64,000 bases of DNA from an uncultured Eubacteriales bacterium (GTDB lineage: Bacteria; Bacillota; Clostridia; TANB77; CAG-508), in assembly GCA_948468315.1 (NCBI GenBank), contig CAOKHL010000006.1, forward strand, positions 16,919 through 80,918, read 5' to 3'. The stretch's first letter is position 1, and each line of letters starts with the position of its first letter. The notes beneath the pieces are model-generated. The model did no database searches and was not told the origin of the DNA. It was given only the letters and a program-made list of their open reading frames with translations. The translations under genes and the position numbers were made by a program. Shown piece by piece: positions 27,323 through 37,672 of this stretch.

Positions 27323-29078
27323 TTATTCTACATTATATTTTGGTCTTTCTTTATAATGAGTATGTAACAACTTATGAGCACGATAACTTCCTGGTTTTTC
27401 CAAATATTCATCATAAATTTTCTTTAAAACTGGATTTTCATGTGATTTTCTAATAGTACTCTTTTCATCTATTGAATATAAACTATCTGCTCTTAATTTT
27501 CTTACATCAACTTCTCTTCTTATCTTTGAACTTTTAATGGGCTGACCTCCACCCATCACACATCCTCCTGGACATGCCATTATTTCTACAAACTGATAAT
27601 CTGCTTTTCCAGATTTTATTTCTTCCATTATTTTTTGTGCATTTGCTAAACCACTTGCTGCAACAACTTTAATATCTTTTCCTGCAATATTTACAGTTGC
27701 TTTTTTTATTCCATCTCCACCTCTTATTTGCTCAAAATCTATTTTAGGTAAATCTTGACCTGTTAATACATCTTGTGCTGTTCTTAAAGCTGCTTCCATA
27801 ACTCCACCTGTTGTTCCAAATATTGCAGCTGCTCCAGTTGCTTCTCCCATAGGATTATCAAATGTACTATCCTCTAATTCTGTAAATTCAATATTTGCTT
27901 GTTTTATCATTCTTGAAAGCTCTCTTGTTGTAATAACATTATCAACATCATATAATCCATCATTTTTCATTTCTGACCTTTGTCTTTCAAACTTTTTAGC
28001 TATACATGGCATTACAGATACTACATATATTTTCCCAGGGTCTATTCCCTCTTTTTTCGCAAAATAAGTTTTAATAAGAGCACCAAACATTTGATGTGGT
28101 GATTTGCAAGTTGATAAATGTGGCAATAGCTCTGGATAATTCATTTCTATATATTTAACCCATCCTGGAGAACATGATGTTATCATAGGTAAATTATCTG
28201 CTTCTTTAAATCTTTCTATAAATTCATTTGCTTCTTCCATTATAGTAAAATCTGCACCTGTATTTGTATCAAAAACTTTATCAAAACCTAATCTTTTTAA
28301 AGCTGTAACCATTTTTCCAGTTACATTTGAGCCAATATCCATACCAAATTCTTCACCTAAAGCAACTCTTACAGCTGGTGCAGTTTGCACAACAACATAT
28401 GTATCCTTATCTTTTAACTTTATCCAAACATCATCAATAGTCTCCTTTTCATGTAAGGCTCCTGTTGGACAAGCCTGTATACATTGACCACAATTGGTAC
28501 AATTTACATCATTTAAACTATGATCTCCGATACGTAGAAATACAAGATTCAAATCCACGATTTATACAATCTATTGCTCCTATCTTCTGAACATTTTTAC
28601 ATGCTGCAACACATCTTCTACATAATATACATTTATTAAAATCCCTTACAATTGATGGTGATAAATCATCTATTTTATGTTTTGACATCTCCCCTGGAAA
28701 TTCTACATTCAATACATTAAATTTTGTTGCCAAAGCTTGTAATTCACAATTTCCTGAACGAGTACAAGTTAAGCAATCTTTTGAATGGTTAGAAATTATC
28801 AAATCAAGAATTACATGTCTTGCTTCTAAGACATTTGGTGTATGTGTATGAACTACCATTCCTTCTTCAACAGTTTGTATACATGAAGTTGCAAAACCAT
28901 TTCTACCTTCAACTTCTACTATACACATTCTACAATCTCCAACTTCATTTATATCCTTTAAAAAACACAATGTAGGTATATCAATTCCTGCTTGTTTTGC
29001 TGCTTCTAGTATGGTGGTTCCTTTTTTGGTTTTTACTTCTACACCATCTATTGTTAAGGTTACTAAATTTTCTTCCAT
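27323..29078 (-). pseudogene. hydA: [FeFe] hydrogenase catalytic subunit (HydA), split as assembled by one extra nucleotide near 28529
   Basis: ORF 28518..29078 has the N-terminal 2Fe-2S and ferredoxin-like Cys clusters. ORF 27323..28558 has the H-cluster motifs TSCSPGW, MPCIAKKFE and EIMACPGGCVMGGGQP. The junction ACG TAT C GGA GAT gives ...CISTY-GDHSLNDVNCTNCGQC... Confidence 0.9.
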
Positions 29079-29095
29079 ATTTTCCTCCTTTAAAG

Positions 29096-29260
29096 CTATT
29101 TCCCTGTTAAGGGCCGGTTCTTTTTTGGGGATTTAGCTATTTCCTTGTTGAGGGCCGGTTCTTTTTTTGGGATTTAGCTATTTCCCTGCTGAGGGCCGGT
29201 TCTTTTTTTGGGATTTAGCTATTTCCCTGCTGAGGGCCGGTTCTTTTTTTGGGATTTTTA
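29096..29260. repeat. four tandem 41-nt repeats filling the hydB-hydA intercistronic gap
   Basis: Copies at 29096, 29137, 29178 and 29219. Consensus ctatttccctgctgagggccggttctttttttgggatttag. The last copy contains the hydB stop codon. Confidence 0.9.
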
Positions 29261-31118
29261 ATTTCCTATTGCGTGGAATGGACAAGTCGTTAAGCAAGTT
29301 CCACATTTTATGCACTTTTCTTGATTAATTATTCTTTTTTCTCTGCCCTCTCCTTCGATTGCGCCAACAGGACAAGATTTTTGGCATAATCCACATCCCT
29401 TACATTTTTCCTCATCTATTGTTATTTTAGATAATGCTTTACATTCTAATGTCCTACACTCTTTTTCAATTGCATGTTGCCTAAATTCTTCTCTAAAATA
29501 TTTTAATGTACTAATTACTGGATTTGGTGCACTTTGACCTAATCCACAAATACTAGATTTTTGTATATTTACTGCTAACTTTTCTAATCTATAAATATCA
29601 TATTCTGAGCCTTCTCCTGAACATAGTTTTTCTAATATTTCTAACATTCTTTTTGTTCCAATTCTACAAGGGGTACATTTACCACAACTTTCACTAACTG
29701 TAAATTCCAGATAAAATTTTGCTAAACATACCATACATTTTGTATCATCCATTACAATTAACCCACCTGATCCCATCATTGAACCAATTGTTTTTAATGA
29801 TTCATAATCTATTGGTGTATCTAAATGTTCTACTGGTATACACCCTCCTGATGGTCCACCTGTTTGTGCTGCTTTAAACGCTCTTCTATTTGGAATTCCT
29901 CCTCCAATATCAAATACTATTTCTCTTAATGTTGTTCCCATTGGTACTTCTACTAATCCAATGTTGTTTACATTTCCTCCGAAGTGCGAATACTTTTGTA
30001 CCTTTTGAAGTCTCTGTTCCAATTGATGAATACCATTTAGCTCCATTTAAAATTATTCTTGTTATATTTGCAAATGTTTCTACATTGTTAATTAATGTTG
30101 GCTTTCCCCACAATCCACTATTTGCAGGATATGGAGGCTTTACTCTTGGTTGACCTCTTTTTCCCTCTATCGATTCTAAAAGTGCTGTTTCTTCTCCACA
30201 TACAAATGCTCCTGCACCTAAACGAACTTCTACATCAAATTCAAAATTTGTCCCAAATATATTTTTTCCAAGGATTCCATATTCTTTTGCTTGGTCTATT
30301 GCCTTTTGAAATCTTTTTACAGCTATTGGATATTCTGCTCTAACATAGATATATCCTTTATTAGCTCCAATAGCAAACCCAGCAATCATCATTGCTTCTA
30401 ATACAGAATGAGGATCTCCTTCTAAAATACTTCTATCCATAAAAGCTCCTGGGTCACCTTCATCAGCATTACATACAACATATTTTTGGTCAGCTTTGTT
30501 GTTTAATGTAAGCTCCCATTTCTTACCAGTCGGAAAGCCTGCACCTCCACGACCTCTTAGTCCAGAATTTTTTATTATATCAATTACATCCTGACTTGTC
30601 ATTTCAGTTAACACTTTTTCTAATGCTTTATATCCATCAAAAGCAATATATTCATCTATACATTCTGGATTTATAACTCCACAATTTTTTAGAGCTATTC
30701 TTTTTTGCTTTTTATAAAAATTCAAATCATCTAATCTATTAACAATTCTTCCATCTATATCTTTACACAATAATCTATTAACAGTATTTCCTTCTACAAT
30801 ATGTGTTTGAATAATTTCTTCGCAATCTTTAGGTTCAACATTAGAATAAAATGTATCTTCTGGCCTAATTATTACTATTGGGCCTTTTGCACATAATCCA
30901 AAACATCCTGTCATAATTACTCTAACATTTTCTATATGTTTTTCTTCTATTATTCTTCGAAATTCTGCTAATATTTCTGGTGATTTTGATGATGTACATC
31001 CAGTTCCATGACATACTAATATATGCTTTTCTCTCGTATCTGCTTTTGTATTTACTCTTAAATCTAGCTCTCTTCTTTTTTCTTCTCTTATTTGTTGTAT
31101 TTCTTGTAAAGTTTTCAT
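29258..31118 (-). pseudogene. hydB: NADH-binding NuoF-like subunit of the bifurcating hydrogenase (HydB), split as assembled by one extra nucleotide near 29981
   Basis: N-terminal thioredoxin-like 2Fe-2S (CHGTGC...GCFGLCAKGP) and GRGGAGFPTGKKW. Skipping C 29981 (GCA CTT C GGA GGA) gives ...[29 protein letters not shown].... Downstream are ESCGKCTPCR and two 4Fe-4S motifs. Confidence 0.9.
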
Positions 31119-31130
31119 TTTTCTCCTCCT

Positions 31131-31250
31131 TTTCCTCTTTTAGTGCCAGTTCTTTTTTGGGGATTTTCTATTTCCTTGTTAAGGGCCGGTTCTTTTTTAG
31201 GGATTTAGCATTTTTCCCTGCTCAGGGCCGGTTCTTTTTTTGGGATTTAG
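31131..31250. repeat. about 2.5 tandem copies of the same 41-nt repeat in the hydC-hydB gap
   Basis: Partial copy at 31131..31167, full copies at 31168..31208 and 31209..31250. The last copy contains the hydC stop codon. Confidence 0.85.
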
Positions 31251-31771
31251 ACATTTTTATTTGTTAGTTCATCTAGTACTTGGTCTAACTTTTGTACTGT
31301 TGCCTTTCCATAGACTTCTCCATTTACTGTAAATACTGGTGCTAAACCACATGCTCCTACACATCTTGTTTCTTCTATTGAAAACATTCCATCTTTCGTT
31401 GTTTCTCCAGGTTCAATTTTTAGTTTTTCTTTTAATCTATCCATTATTTTCTGTGAACCTTTTACATAACATGCTGTTCCTAAACATACTGCTATATTGT
31501 ATTTTCCTTTTGGTTTTAGAGTAAATCTTGAATAAAATGTTACAACTCCATAAATTTCTGCCATTGGGACATTTAAAAATTCTGATAATACTTTTTGTGC
31601 ATGTGTTGGAACATATCCATAATGTTCTTGCACTTCGTTTAACATTTGAATTAAATTATCTTTTATTGGTTTATATTCATTACATAGATCTTCTAAAAAT
31701 TTGTCTTTTCCTTCTCCACCACATTTACATCCGTCCATTACATTTTTGACCATTACCACAGCTCTTTTCAC
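31247..31771 (-). CDS. hydC: NuoE-like 2Fe-2S subunit of the hydrogenase (HydC)
   Basis: CLGTACYVKG...CVGACGLAP thioredoxin-like 2Fe-2S motif. The start is uncertain: GTG 31771, ATG 31753, or ATG 31775 joined through a CGG +1 site (see findings). Confidence 0.8.
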   Translation of the reverse strand: MKRAVVMVKNVMDGCKCGGEGKDKFLEDLCNEYKPIKDNLIQMLNEVQEHYGYVPTHAQKVLSEFLNVPMAEIYGVVTFYSRFTLKPKGKYNIAVCLGTACYVKGSQKIMDRLKEKLKIEPGETTKDGMFSIEETRCVGACGLAPVFTVNGEVYGKATVQKLDQVLDELTNKNV

Positions 31772-31929
31772 CCATATGTTTTCTCCTCCTATAACATTAT
31801 ATTTTAATTATAACAAACTAATACTTTTTAAACAATATTTTTCTCGACATTTTTCCTCTATTTTTTATACAAAAATAAACCCAAATTATTTCTTAATAAT
31901 TTGAGTTTATTTTAAATATAATATATATA

Positions 31930-32871
31930 CTAATTCAATAATTTAAGTTCAACTTTTTGAGCCTTATACTTATTTGTTTCTGGGTCTAACTTAAATTCAG
32001 TTAAAGTACTTTCTAAAGATTCGCTATTTTGTTTTAAATCTGTTGTGTAATATAAATTTATCTTTGTAAATTCTATATTATGTGTAACTAATTCTCTGAA
32101 AGTTTCTGCCATATGTCTATCATCTTCACATACCATTATTAGTTGTGGTAATGATTTAAATCCTGAGTCTAATGGTACAAAGTTATCATAAAAGTCTTGA
32201 TAAAATTTCATCTTATCTATTATTTTTTTCTGCCAATCTGGTTCTCTTCTTACAACCTCAAATAAAAATTGAATTGATTTTCCTGATTTTGTAAGTGTTA
32301 CAGATCCACCACTTGGCTTAAATACTTTTCCCATTATTTTTGCTGTTAATGCTGGTTTTACAGTGTATGAATCAAATACTTTTACTTTTTTCAAATATGC
32401 AATAAGTACTTGGTTTCCTGCTAATCTTTTCTTTATCATTGCAACTGGCTTTGTATTATCTGATGGTTGCCATTTACATTCTACATCATCTCTTGTGTCT
32501 AATAGATATTTTCCCATTTTTTCTAAACAGTAAATTCTATAAATTCCTTTTCCTTCATCTGAATTAAAATAATATCTTGTTAAAATTTTAGATTTTATTA
32601 ATCCTTCTAACTTATTATTTAGCTTATCTTGAGATTTTATTTCATATCCCTTTATCTCTAGCATTTGCATTAATTGTCTTGATGTGATAAATTCAAATTC
32701 ATTTACTAAATACAATATAGCAAAATGAATGTCTGTAATATGTCCTATGTTTATTTTATGTACAACTTGGTTCATAGATACATATCCATCTTGACCATCA
32801 AATGTTTTTATTTCGCCTTTTCTAATAGCAAATGGCGATACTTGTGCTTTTATTTGGCTATCTTCAACCAT
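31930..32871 (-). CDS. hypothetical protein, possibly replication-relaxation (Replic_Relax)-like winged-helix protein
   Basis: 313 aa with AGGAGG before the ATG. The N-terminal ILYLVNEFEFITSRQLMQML resembles the wHTH of that family. The assignment is tentative. Confidence 0.55.
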   Translation of the reverse strand: MVEDSQIKAQVSPFAIRKGEIKTFDGQDGYVSMNQVVHKINIGHITDIHFAILYLVNEFEFITSRQLMQMLEIKGYEIKSQDKLNNKLEGLIKSKILTRYYFNSDEGKGIYRIYCLEKMGKYLLDTRDDVECKWQPSDNTKPVAMIKKRLAGNQVLIAYLKKVKVFDSYTVKPALTAKIMGKVFKPSGGSVTLTKSGKSIQFLFEVVRREPDWQKKIIDKMKFYQDFYDNFVPLDSGFKSLPQLIMVCEDDRHMAETFRELVTHNIEFTKINLYYTTDLKQNSESLESTLTEFKLDPETNKYKAQKVELKLLN

Positions 32872-32948
32872 TTTATAACTCCTCCTTTTTTATTCGTTAT
32901 AGTAATATTTTAACATCTTTTTTATTTTTTGTCTATAAGGAATCTCCT

Positions 32949-33662
32949 TTAAATCTTCATTATTTCTTTATATGTTAAATATCTCCATTGCCCTAGTTTT
33001 AAGTCTTTCACATCGAGATTTCCAATTTTACATCTATGAAGAGCAAGAACTTTTTTATTTATTGCTTCACACATTTTTCTAACTTGTCTATTTTTTCCTT
33101 CGTGTATAGTAATCTGAATTCTAGAAATTTTTTTCTCTTCATCAATTTTTAAAATCTTAACCTTTGCAGGTTTTGTTATATATCCATCATCTATTTCTAC
33201 ACCACTTTGTAATTTTTCTATTTCTTCTTTAGTTACAATTCCTCTAACAGTAGCATTATAAGTTTTATTTATTTCATTTTTAGGATGTGTTAATTTGTTT
33301 ACTAAATCGCCATCATTAGTCAGAATTAGCGCACCAGATGTATACATGTCAAGCCTTCCAACAGGAACTACCCTTTTATTTATTTTTACTAAATCTAATA
33401 CTTTATCTCTACCAAATTGTTCTTTCGCTGTTGTTACATATCCTATCGGTTTATTTAATAGTATATATATTTTATCTTCTTCCAAATTAACTATTTTTCC
33501 ATTATATTTTACTTCATCTTTTTTAGGGTTTACTTTTGTACCTAATTCTTGTACTATCTTTCCATTTACTTCAATTTTTCCATTTAAAATTAATTCTTCA
33601 CACTTTCTTCTTGAAGCTATACCAGATGTTGCTAAATATTTTTGTAATCTCATCTCTTCCAT
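32949..33662 (-). CDS. rluB: pseudouridine synthase, RsuA/RluB family (S4 domain + catalytic domain)
   Basis: RLQKYLATSGIASRRKCEELI (S4) and VGRLDMYTSGALILTNDGDL (catalytic Asp). Confidence 0.85.
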   Translation of the reverse strand: MEEMRLQKYLATSGIASRRKCEELILNGKIEVNGKIVQELGTKVNPKKDEVKYNGKIVNLEEDKIYILLNKPIGYVTTAKEQFGRDKVLDLVKINKRVVPVGRLDMYTSGALILTNDGDLVNKLTHPKNEINKTYNATVRGIVTKEEIEKLQSGVEIDDGYITKPAKVKILKIDEEKKISRIQITIHEGKNRQVRKMCEAINKKVLALHRCKIGNLDVKDLKLGQWRYLTYKEIMKI

Positions 33663-34583
33663 TTAATTTTCCTCTTCTAATTCTTTTATAATTTTTTTGA
33701 AATATGGTGGAATTTCTGCTTCCAAACTTATCATTTTTTTAGTCGTTGGATGCTCAAATTCTATCTTCCATGCATGTAAACATTGACCTTTTATTCCCCA
33801 TTCGTTTTTACCATTTGAATATACTTCATCTCCAACTATTGGAAATCCTATATTAGATAAATGAACTCTTATTTGATGTGTTCTTCCTGTTTCAATATTT
33901 ATCTCTAGTAAAGTGTATTTTTCTTTATATCTTCCCAATACTTTAAAATGTGTAATTGCTGTTTTTCCTTTTTTGTCAACTGCCATTTTCTTTCTATCTT
34001 TAGTACTTCTTGCAATTGGCATATTAATTGTTGCTTCATTTTCTTTTATAATGCCTCTAACTAAGGCTATATAAGTTTTCTTCACTTGATGATTTTTTAG
34101 TTGTTCACTTAAATTTATATGTGACTTGTCATTTTTCGCAACAATAATCGCTCCTGATGTATCTTTGTCTAGTCTATGAACTATGCCTGGCCTTATTTCT
34201 CCTCCAATTCCTGATAAAGAATCTTTACATACTGACATTATAGCATTTACAAGAGTTCCATCTGGATTTCCATTTGCAGGATGAACAACCATTCCTTTAG
34301 GCTTATTTACTACTATTATATCATTATCTTCATAAATTATATTTAAAGGAATTTCTTGCGCTTTTAAGTCTATTTCTTTTGCATTTGGTATATTTATTTC
34401 TATTTCATCATTTAACTTTACCTTATAAGAACCTTTTGTTTTTTCACCATTTACTTTTATATTTTCTTCTTCAATTAGCCTCTGTACTGCACTTCTTGAT
34501 ATATGTTTTTCTAACAAGGAAATAAAACTATCAATTCTTTTCCCTATATTTTCCTCATTTACTTTTATTTTTTTTATATTCAT
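33663..34583 (-). CDS. rluD: RluA-family pseudouridine synthase (RluD-like)
   Basis: S4 N-terminus and HRLDKDTSGAIIVAKN catalytic motif. 306 aa. Confidence 0.85.
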   Translation of the reverse strand: MNIKKIKVNEENIGKRIDSFISLLEKHISRSAVQRLIEEENIKVNGEKTKGSYKVKLNDEIEINIPNAKEIDLKAQEIPLNIIYEDNDIIVVNKPKGMVVHPANGNPDGTLVNAIMSVCKDSLSGIGGEIRPGIVHRLDKDTSGAIIVAKNDKSHINLSEQLKNHQVKKTYIALVRGIIKENEATINMPIARSTKDRKKMAVDKKGKTAITHFKVLGRYKEKYTLLEINIETGRTHQIRVHLSNIGFPIVGDEVYSNGKNEWGIKGQCLHAWKIEFEHPTTKKMISLEAEIPPYFKKIIKELEEEN

Positions 34584-35025
34584 CTTTTATCACCTTTTTA
34601 TTTTTCTTATCTTTTATTATTTTCATAGAGTTTTTTGTTAAAATTATTGCCATTCCTATCCAAGCTATCATTATATATATATATGATAAATTTAAGTTAA
34701 AATAGTTTCCTAATTTTATAAATGTTATTACATCATTATTCCATATTCTATCAATTAAATTTCCTACTGCACCTGATATTGCAAAACTTAAAACAATTTT
34801 TGTATCTAATTTTATAAAAACATTATCATTTCTAATATATCTTAAAATTAGTAAAATTATTATTATTGACATTACAATATAATACCCATTATTATTTGAA
34901 CTTTCGCTTAAAATATTGAAACCTTGCTTATATGCTATAATTTTTGTTACTTGATCTATAATTAAAGTTACTATAATAATTAATATAATAATCTTTTCAT
35001 GATTTTTTTTATTATCTTTTCTCAT
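34555..35025 (-). CDS. lspA: signal peptidase II (lipoprotein signal peptidase)
   Basis: Four TM segments, IIDQVTK and GAVGNLIDR motifs. It lies in the lspA-rluD arrangement. Confidence 0.8.
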   Translation of the reverse strand: MRKDNKKNHEKIIILIIIVTLIIDQVTKIIAYKQGFNILSESSNNNGYYIVMSIIIILLILRYIRNDNVFIKLDTKIVLSFAISGAVGNLIDRIWNNDVITFIKLGNYFNLNLSYIYIMIAWIGMAIILTKNSMKIIKDKKNKKVIKDEYKKNKSK

Positions 35026-35191
35026 AGAAAATTAATTTCCTTTCTTTCTAAAAGCTCACATATTTTAGTATTTATCATTTAAAAACTTTAATTATTTTAC
35101 TATAAAATTCACAAAATATCAACTAATATGGTTTACATTATGTATTCTTTATGATATAATTTCATTAAATTTAATGTAAGGAGTAACTATT

Positions 35192-35743
35192 ATGGATAAA
35201 AATACAAGTAATAGTTTGGCACAAGATAAAGTTTTAATATTATATGTTTTAGATAATGTTAAACACGATATTACTGAAAGTGATTTATTTAAATTAATAT
35301 CTCCAATTAATAATATTAATTATTTTTATTTTAAACAAATATTAGCAGACCTTGTTGATTCCAAACTTGTAAGAACTTACACTAAAGATGAAGAAACAGA
35401 AGATGCTCAAGCAATATATGATTTAACTTTTGATGGTAAAAATTCTTTAGATTTAACAATAGATGTTTTACCTGGTTTGGTAAAATTAAAGACTGATACA
35501 ATTTTAAAAAATGAGGTTAAAAATATAGTATCTGAGGATTCTATTATTACTGAGTATATACCTGAAAATGAACATTCTTATACAGTAAAATGTAAAATTG
35601 TAGAAAATAATAAAACTATTTTTGAAGTTAGAACTTTTGCTGGTTCTATTGAACATGCGAAACTTATCTCTGATAATTGGAAAAATAATGCTAATGTTAT
35701 TTATCCTAAATTTTTAGATTTACTTACTGGTAAAGATAATTAG
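35192..35743 (+). CDS. conserved clostridial protein of unknown function (DUF4364-like)
   Basis: 183 aa with AAGGAG before the ATG. The family recall is tentative. Confidence 0.6.
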   Translation: MDKNTSNSLAQDKVLILYVLDNVKHDITESDLFKLISPINNINYFYFKQILADLVDSKLVRTYTKDEETEDAQAIYDLTFDGKNSLDLTIDVLPGLVKLKTDTILKNEVKNIVSEDSIITEYIPENEHSYTVKCKIVENNKTIFEVRTFAGSIEHAKLISDNWKNNANVIYPKFLDLLTGKDN

Positions 35744-35745
35744 AT

Positions 35746-35781
35746 AAAAAAGTTGCTTATTTAAATAAGCAACTTTTATTT
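35746..35781 (+). terminator. intrinsic terminator
   Basis: aaaagttgcttatt / aataagcaactttt stem followed by a T-run. Confidence 0.65.
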
Positions 35782-35858
35782 TGGTAGCGACGGTGGGATT
35801 TGAACCTACGACCTGCCGGGTATGAACCGGATGCTCTAGCCAACTGAGCTACGTCGCC
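35782..35858 (-). tRNA. tRNA-Met (CAT), elongator-like; tRNA-Ile2 (lysidine) not excluded
   Basis: Minus sense GGCGACGTAGCTCAGTTGGCTAGAGCATCCGGTTCATACCCGG...GGTTCAAATCC...CGTCGCTACCA. Confidence 0.8.
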
Positions 35859-35980
35859 ATTTATTTATAACGGTATTATTATACCCATTTTTAGGTATTT
35901 TGTCAAGAGTTTTTTTATACTTTTCAAAGTAATTTCATCAAATATTAAAAATATAATATTCAATGAAACTACCTTTAATA

Positions 35981-36646
35981 TTATTTCATTCTATAATGCC
36001 CTGTAATTATTTTATATTTACTATATAATTCTAATACATCTTCTTCTCTTCTTATTTGTCCACCATTATGTAATAAATATGGTATTCCTTTTTTGTTTCT
36101 TTTATCTGATATAATTCCTATATGGGAAGTTCCAAAAATTACTATATCTCCTGGTTGCCATTCTTCTATTTTTAATACATCTGTACTTAAGTTTATTTGA
36201 TTTCTTTCGAAATATATTTTTAAATTTGGTACTCTTCTAAAATCTATATTAGGATCTGGTTTTCCTCCAACTCTAGGATATTTATCAACATTATTTTTTA
36301 TGTCTTCATCTACCATGTCTTTTAATACATAACCTGCATTTTTTAAAGACCTCCATACTACATCTGTACATACTCCTTCATTATCAGGGGGATATCCTCC
36401 TTCATAGTATGCACTTTTATATGTTGGTTTATTCTTGGCTTCTATTTTTGCTCCTTGCAAAATGTCTGTGTAGTCATCTATTCCATCATTGTCTTGGTCT
36501 TTTTTACTTTGTATTACTTTAATTCCAAAGTCTTCTGCTGTATATGTTTTTTTGTTGATTTCATAAAGTAATGCTACTGTAATTATTATACTTAAGGATA
36601 ATAAAATAGATATAAATATAGTAAATATTTTTTTAGAACATCCCAT
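35981..36646 (-). CDS. DUF1287 domain protein with N-terminal membrane anchor
   Basis: Start set at MGCSKKIF (ATG 36646, after GAAAGGAA). The track start at 36757 lies inside a tRNA gene. The block GVCTDVVWRSLKNAGY...GDIVIFGTSHIGIISD is typical of DUF1287. Confidence 0.7.
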   Translation of the reverse strand: MGCSKKIFTIFISILLSLSIIITVALLYEINKKTYTAEDFGIKVIQSKKDQDNDGIDDYTDILQGAKIEAKNKPTYKSAYYEGGYPPDNEGVCTDVVWRSLKNAGYVLKDMVDEDIKNNVDKYPRVGGKPDPNIDFRRVPNLKIYFERNQINLSTDVLKIEEWQPGDIVIFGTSHIGIISDKRNKKGIPYLLHNGGQIRREEDVLELYSKYKIITGHYRMK

Positions 36647-36681
36647 ACATATTCCTTTCAAATGTTCGCATAATGGAAATT

Positions 36682-36756
36682 TGGCTGGGGTACTGTGATT
36701 CGAACACAGGAATGTCGGAGTCAGAGTCCGATGCCTTACCGCTTGGCGATACCCCA
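36682..36756 (-). tRNA. tRNA-Gln (CTG)
   Basis: Minus sense TGGGGTATCGCCAAGCGGTAAGGCATCGGACTCTGACTCCGA...GTTCGAATCACAGTACCCCAGCCA. Confidence 0.85.
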
Positions 36757-36827
36757 ATATAAAACTTTATTTATTATATAAAAAAAACACATTTTTTGCA
36801 AGTAATTTTACAAAAAATGTGCTTCTT

Positions 36828-37535
36828 TTATTTACAAAATCTATGTTTTCCAATAGTTACAGTTAAAGGTCTTGACCAGATCCATTTATTTGTTGCTGTT
36901 GAAGGATTAAAATAATAAATTGCACCATAAGATGGGTCCCATCCATTTATAGCATCTTGTGCAGCCTTTTTAGCAGTACTATCTGGTGACATATTTATTT
37001 GTCCATCAGAAACTGCGTCAAATGCCCCTGACTGATAAATAACTCCTGATATAGTATTTGGAAAAGAGCTACTTTTTACTCTATTTAATATTACAGCTCC
37101 AACTGCAACTTGTCCTACATATGGTTCTCCTCTTGCTTCTCCATAAATTGCCCTTGCAAGTAAATTTACATTACTTGAACTATTATTATTAGAACTACTT
37201 GAACTTGAACTAGAGTTATTTGATGAACTTGTAATTCCCATTGCATTAAGAGTTTTCTCTCCTGCTATTCCATCTACTGTTAATCCATTTTTCTTTTGAA
37301 AAGACTTAACAGCAGCTAATGTTTGACTTCCATAAATTCCATCTACTGAACCTTTATAATATCCCCACCTTTTTAATTTTTCCTGAATTTGTTTAACTTC
37401 ATTTCCTCTTGAACCATATTTGGATAATGCTTCAACTTCATTATATTTTGAAAATCCAAATACTGCTACAAGTACTATTAAACTCAAAATAAAACCAAAT
37501 ACTGCTATTCTGTGATTAAAAACTTTTTTTAACAT
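36828..37535 (-). CDS. sleB: SleB-like spore cortex-lytic enzyme (PG_binding_1 + Hydrolase_2)
   Basis: Signal/TM N-terminus, peptidoglycan-binding repeat GSRGNEVKQIQEKLKRWGYY...DGIYGSQT, a poly-S/N linker, and the catalytic block LLARAIYGEARGEPYVGQVAVGAVILNR. Confidence 0.85.
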   Translation of the reverse strand: MLKKVFNHRIAVFGFILSLIVLVAVFGFSKYNEVEALSKYGSRGNEVKQIQEKLKRWGYYKGSVDGIYGSQTLAAVKSFQKKNGLTVDGIAGEKTLNAMGITSSSNNSSSSSSSSNNNSSSNVNLLARAIYGEARGEPYVGQVAVGAVILNRVKSSSFPNTISGVIYQSGAFDAVSDGQINMSPDSTAKKAAQDAINGWDPSYGAIYYFNPSTATNKWIWSRPLTVTIGKHRFCK

Positions 37536-37672
37536 ATATCTAACCTCTTTTAATAATAATTTTTATATTATTTTTATCTAAAAAAGGTTTTTTATACATA
37601 TAATAAAAATAAAACTAAAATTTTCTTAAAATTAAAAATTTTAGTTTATACAATTTAAAATAAATTTCTCAA

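Noticed and set aside
29096-29260. Possible CRISPR array, given regular repeats of about 41 nt.
   Set aside because: The repeats are directly abutting with no unique spacers. No cas genes are present. The arrays lie inside an operon.
35981-36757. The 258-aa version of the DUF1287 ORF.
   Set aside because: Its first 37 codons are the reverse-strand reading of the tRNA-Gln(CTG) gene. A proper RBS and ATG exist at 36646.
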